Assembly (NCBI GenBank): GCA_002269645.1
Contig: NIVC01000402.1
Coordinates: forward strand, 1 to 64,000
Length of the DNA stretch: 64,000 nucleotides
From: Macrostomum lignano
Taxonomy: Eukaryota
Reading direction: 5' to 3'
How positions within the stretch are numbered: position 1 is the stretch's first letter; each line of letters begins with the position of its first letter. The position numbers and the translations under genes are program-made. Shown here piece after piece: positions 61,894-64,000 of the stretch. Under the pieces are notes generated by a model, which worked only from the letters and a program-made list of their open reading frames with translations, was not told the DNA's origin and searched no databases.

Positions 61894-63865
61894 CAGGGGT
61901 AGGCGAACTCGGGCCGCGGGCCGCATGCTGACTGCAAAGCCTGTCTATCCGGCCCTTTATCCGGGTCCTTTGAAACTTCACAATAGCAATCTGGCTGGGT
62001 CAAGGTTTGTGTCTCCTTTCTTCTCTCCCCTCTCTCCCTCTTCTCTCTCTCTTCTCTCCCTTCCCCCTCTTCTCTCCTTTCTTCTCTCCCTTCCCCCTCT
62101 TCTCTCCCCTCTCTCCCTCTTCTCTCCTCTCCCTTCCCCCTCTTTTCTCCTCTCTTCTCTCCCCTCTCTCCTCTTCTCTTCTCTCTTCTCTCCCCTTCCC
62201 CCTCTTCTCTCCCTTACCCCCTCTTCTTTCCTCTCTTCTCTCCCCTTCCCCCTCTTCTCTCCCCTTACCCTCTTCTTTCCTCTCTTCTCTCCCCTTCCCC
62301 TCTTTTCTCCTCTCTTCTCTCCCTCTCTCCCTCTTCTCTTCTCTCTTCTCTCCCTTCCCCTCTTCTCTCCTTTCTTCTCTCCCTCTCTCCCTCTTCTCTC
62401 CTCTCTTCTCTCCCCTTCCCCCTCTTCTCTCCTTTCTTCTCTCCCTCTCTCCTCTTCTCTTCTCTCTTCTCTCCCCTTCCCCCCTCTTCTCTCCTTTCTT
62501 CTCCCCTTCCCCTCTTCTCTCCCCTCTCTCCCTCTTCTCTCTCTCCCCTTCCCCCCTCTTCTCTCCTCTCTTCTCTCCCTTCCCCTCTTTTCTCCTCTCT
62601 TCTCTCCCCTCTCTCCCTCTTCTCTTCTCTCTTCTCTCCCCTTCCCCCTCTTCTCTCCCTTACCCCCTCTTCTTTCCTCTCTTCTCTCCCCTTCCCCTCT
62701 TCTCTCCCTTACCCCCTCTTCTCTTCTCTCTTCTCCCCCTTCCCCCCTCTTCTCTCCTTTCTTCTCTCCCCTCTCTCCCTCTTCTCTCCTCTCTTCTCTC
62801 CCCTTCCCCCCTCTTCTCTCCTTTCTTCTCTCCCCTCTCTCCCTCTTCTCTTCTCTCTTCTCTCCCTTCCCCCTCTTCTCTCCTTTCTTCTCTCCCTTCC
62901 CCCTCTTCTCTCCCCTCTCTCCCTCTTCTCTCCTCTCCCCTTCCCCCTCTTCTCTCCTCTCTTCTCTCCCCTTCCCCCTCTTTTCTCCTCTCTTCTCTCC
63001 CTCTCTCCCTCTTCTCTTCTCTCTTCTCTCCCTTCCCCCTCTTCTCTCCCTTACCCCTCTTCTTTCCTCTCTTCTCTCCCCTTCCCCCTCTTCTCTCCCT
63101 TACCCCCTCTTCTTTCCTCTCTTCTCTTCCCTTCCCCCTCTTCTCTCCCCTTACCCCCTCTTCTTTCCTCTCTTCTCTCCCTTCCCCTCTTTTCTCCTCT
63201 CTTCTCTCCCTTCCCCTTCTTTTCTCCTCTCTTCTCTCCCTCTCTCCCTCTTCTCTTCTCTCTTCTCTCCCCTTCCCCTCTTCTCTCCCCTTACCCCTCT
63301 TCTTTCCTCTCTTCTCTCCCCTTCCCCCTCTTCTCTCCCCTTACCCCTCTTCTTTCCTCTCTTCTCTCCCCTTCCCCTCTTCTCTCCCCTTACCCCTCTT
63401 CTTTCCTCTCTTCTCTCCCCTTCCCCTCTTCTCTCCCCTTCCCCAATCTTCTCTCCTTTCTTCTCTCCCCTCTCTCCCTCTTCTTTCCTTTCTTCTCTCC
63501 CCTCTCTCCTTCTTCTCTTCTCTCTTCTCTCCCTCTCCCCCTCTTCCTCCTTTCTTATCTCCCCTCTCCCCTTCTTCTCTCTCCTCTCCCTTCTTCTCTC
63601 TCCTCTCCCCCTCTTCTCTTATCTCTTTTCTCCCTCCCCCCCTCTTCTCTCCTCTCTCCCCCTCTTCTCTCCCCTCTCCCTTTTCTTCTTGTCTCTCCTC
63701 TTATCTTCTTTCTTACCTCTTCTCTCATCCAGTCTCTCGCCTCGTCTATGTTCTCTCATCGCACATCTTTTATTCTCTCTCCTTTCCACTCTCACCTGCC
63801 CCTCAGCTATGAGCTGGATTCTTCATCTGGCCCTTCTTTGAGGTAAAACAGTTTGCCAACCCCTG
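61894..63865. mobile_element. hAT (Charlie-like) non-autonomous element containing a 1.8-kb CT-rich expansion
   Basis: TIRs caggggtaggcgaact / agtttgccaacccctg (14/16); 8-bp flanks ctctaagc / ctctagtc (6/8). Confidence 0.65.
62010..63790. repeat. Polypyrimidine (C/T-only) low-complexity tract
   Basis: Almost no purines on the + strand; the Leu/Ser/Pro ORFs are artefacts. Confidence 0.95.
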
Positions 63866-64000
63866 CTCTAGTCCATCGATACAAGCGCGCCAACACTGTA
63901 CGCTCACACAGGGTGCACAGCGGCCCTGACTGTCTAATCGTCAGGCATGTACACTCTCTGTGATTTGGGGGCTGGCCCTCACGGGTGTAGAATAGCAGGA

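Noticed and set aside
61925-63841. 638-aa and 601-aa Leu/Ser/Pro/Phe ORFs
   Set aside because: A purine-free tract cannot contain stop codons; it lies in a neurobeachin intron inside a MITE.

Overview
Eukaryotic (animal, probably invertebrate) genomic DNA with spliceosomal GT-AG introns, GC-rich Ala/Gln-run exons and a very high density of distinct minisatellites. This style resembles a Macrostomum-type flatworm genome, but the taxon is an inference only. Genes I could assemble by hand from splice sites and conserved motifs: an alpha-type octopamine/aminergic GPCR (2 exons, -), a type II membrane glycosyltransferase-like protein with an ENDSxDxT motif (2 exons, -), a TMEM74/neurensin-like protein (1 exon, +), a possible orphan 2-exon gene (-), an OATP/SLCO transporter (3 exons, -), and the 3' part of a neurobeachin/LRBA BEACH-WD40 gene (7 clear exons, -, with a 1-nt frameshift in the BEACH exon). 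The most notable object is a 1337-bp insert (5860-7196) encoding a Crypton-like tyrosine recombinase with the catalytic motifs intact. It has TGTTG...CAACA inverted ends, a 5-bp ATGAG/ATGAA flanking duplication, and splits a 37-bp minisatellite. Also present: a foldback-like pair of inverted minisatellite arrays, two hAT-type MITEs (one containing a 1.8-kb CT expansion), a TA-flanked MITE, a tRNA-derived SINE head and a Penelope-like GIY-YIG relic. Most long ORFs in the supplied track are artefacts of tandem repeats. All calls were made by eye, with no database searches.
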